DNA from: Xylographa opegraphella
Lineage: Eukaryota
Assembly (NCBI GenBank): GCA_022813865.1
Contig: JALDZX010000043.1
Coordinates: 1-64,000, forward strand
Reading direction: 5' to 3'
DNA length: 64,000 nucleotides
The notes beneath the pieces were generated by a model. That model was not told the origin of the DNA and did not search any database. It saw only the letters and a program-made list of their open reading frames with translations. Every line of letters starts with the position of its first letter. Position 1 is the stretch's first letter. The position numbers were made by a program, and so were the translations under genes. Below, piece by piece: positions 62,657 through 64,000 of the stretch.

Positions 62657-64000
62657 GGCCTCTTTTCACTCCGTCACTGTGATCTTCGGCGAAAGGGAGG
62701 AAGGGGGGATGGGGGGTGAGAACTGAAGAGGCGCTGGTCAGAGCTTTTCGTTCTCGTGGTCGTTGTCCGAGAGTCCGTAAACGAGGGGGCAGAAAGGAAA
62801 GGACCGACAGGAAGGTGAGGGTGGATCCGACGGACTTATCATCCAGAGTGGCCCGGCCGCTGTGGTCGTGGTTTGAGCGATGTCGACCTCATTATTAGGG
62901 ATGTAGGTTCACCAGTGCGTGGTATGGATCTACCTATGGATAGGTCCATTCTGCACGACCTTGCGAGATGGTGCAGGGCTGGCGATGCTAGCCTGGGTCT
63001 TGAAGTCATGCAGTTCCTGTCCAGATACAGTTTCCAAGGGATGGTGCTGTAGGACGAATCGATTTGGCGAGCGAGAAAGTTCTTCTTAGGCGGCATTCGT
63101 TTGCTCAGCAGAGATATCTGGAAGAGCCCGGCAAAGTAAGGACGGTCCACGTCACGCCACCCAACGAGAGCCAGTCCAGTGCGGTATGAAACAGCCGTAT
63201 TCACAGCTGCCATTGGCTCCCACCGACTGATCCGCATTGGAGTGGAGAGCTTCTTAGGCTGGGGCCGAGAGGGAGCTTTCGATCAGTTCCCACAGCGGAA
63301 GTGAGGGACCTGTCCCTGGGCGAGTTGCTTAGCTCGGCGGATAAGGAAGTGGCTACCAAGTATAGAATCAAAATAGAGTACGAAGGTTCGCATGACGGCT
63401 ACGGTAAAGCATACCGGTGACAGAGGCAGCGTCCGGAGATGAAGCAAAGTTGCTTTTCATGACGCGACACGATTCGACAGTACGGGCTGCAGCGGCAATA
63501 TGATGACTGAGATCGCAAGGATAACCGCTGTAACAAACGATAAGGGACATGCCAGAAAAGAAGCATCACACATTGCGTCAACGACGGCCTCCCTCATGCA
63601 GCAAACCGTTCGCCGAAAGTATGAAAAGCTTCCACTCAGAGATCCGAGAAGGCCGCTTCTTTCGCTATCCAGCCAAAGTTCAGGTGCTCGCGTCTCGAAG
63701 CCTCACACCGCCACTACGGAGCGGTGCCACGTCGATCATCGGTCCATGCGCTCCAGCCTGGGGCTGAGGACGAGGTGGAGGTTGCAGTCCTGGTCGGAGG
63801 CATTTCCGCATCTCCTTCTCGTCGGGGCTCGACAGCAGTCGGAAGTCGCACCGAAAGCAAACCCCGACTGCCGGCCTTTATCCAGAGATCTGTATCCAAA
63901 CGACACTCCCACTCGCACCTTTTACTGGCCGACGCCCGATGGGCAGAGGTGCTGTGTCACGACGTGGACGTGGACGTTGCACGAATCATAAGCCGGCATT

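Noticed and set aside
1..64000. tRNA, rRNA or CRISPR arrays
   Set aside because: None recognised by eye; a tRNAscan/Infernal run is needed to exclude small RNAs.

Overview
Left end of a filamentous ascomycete (Pezizomycotina-type) chromosome, judged from (CCCTAA)n repeats, short GT-AG introns with CTRAC branch sites and fungal gene families. The telomere (1-62) joins directly to a decayed retroelement relic of about 1 kb. The relic holds a Zn2Cys6-spaced, coiled-coil ORF with RIP-like mutations that reads without a stop into the telomere, plus an LTR-like unit. A dense block of mostly conserved genes follows at once: TOK1, RSC8/SWI3, LSB6, CUL1, a cupin, SRF1, a Mit_KHE1-like gene, an orphan SH3 protein with a divergent membrane-protein neighbour, SCN1/TatD, ETF-alpha, MCH1, ARH1, BST1, IRC3, GPH1 and a class III G-alpha. 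The window ends with a non-reducing PKS (SAT-KS-AT-PT-ACP-TE, melanin/T4HN-synthase-like but with one ACP) and an AflR-type Zn2Cys6 regulator, probably the edge of a secondary-metabolite cluster. Coordinates span whole spliced genes. Exon boundaries and family calls were read by eye from remembered motifs; no database search was run.
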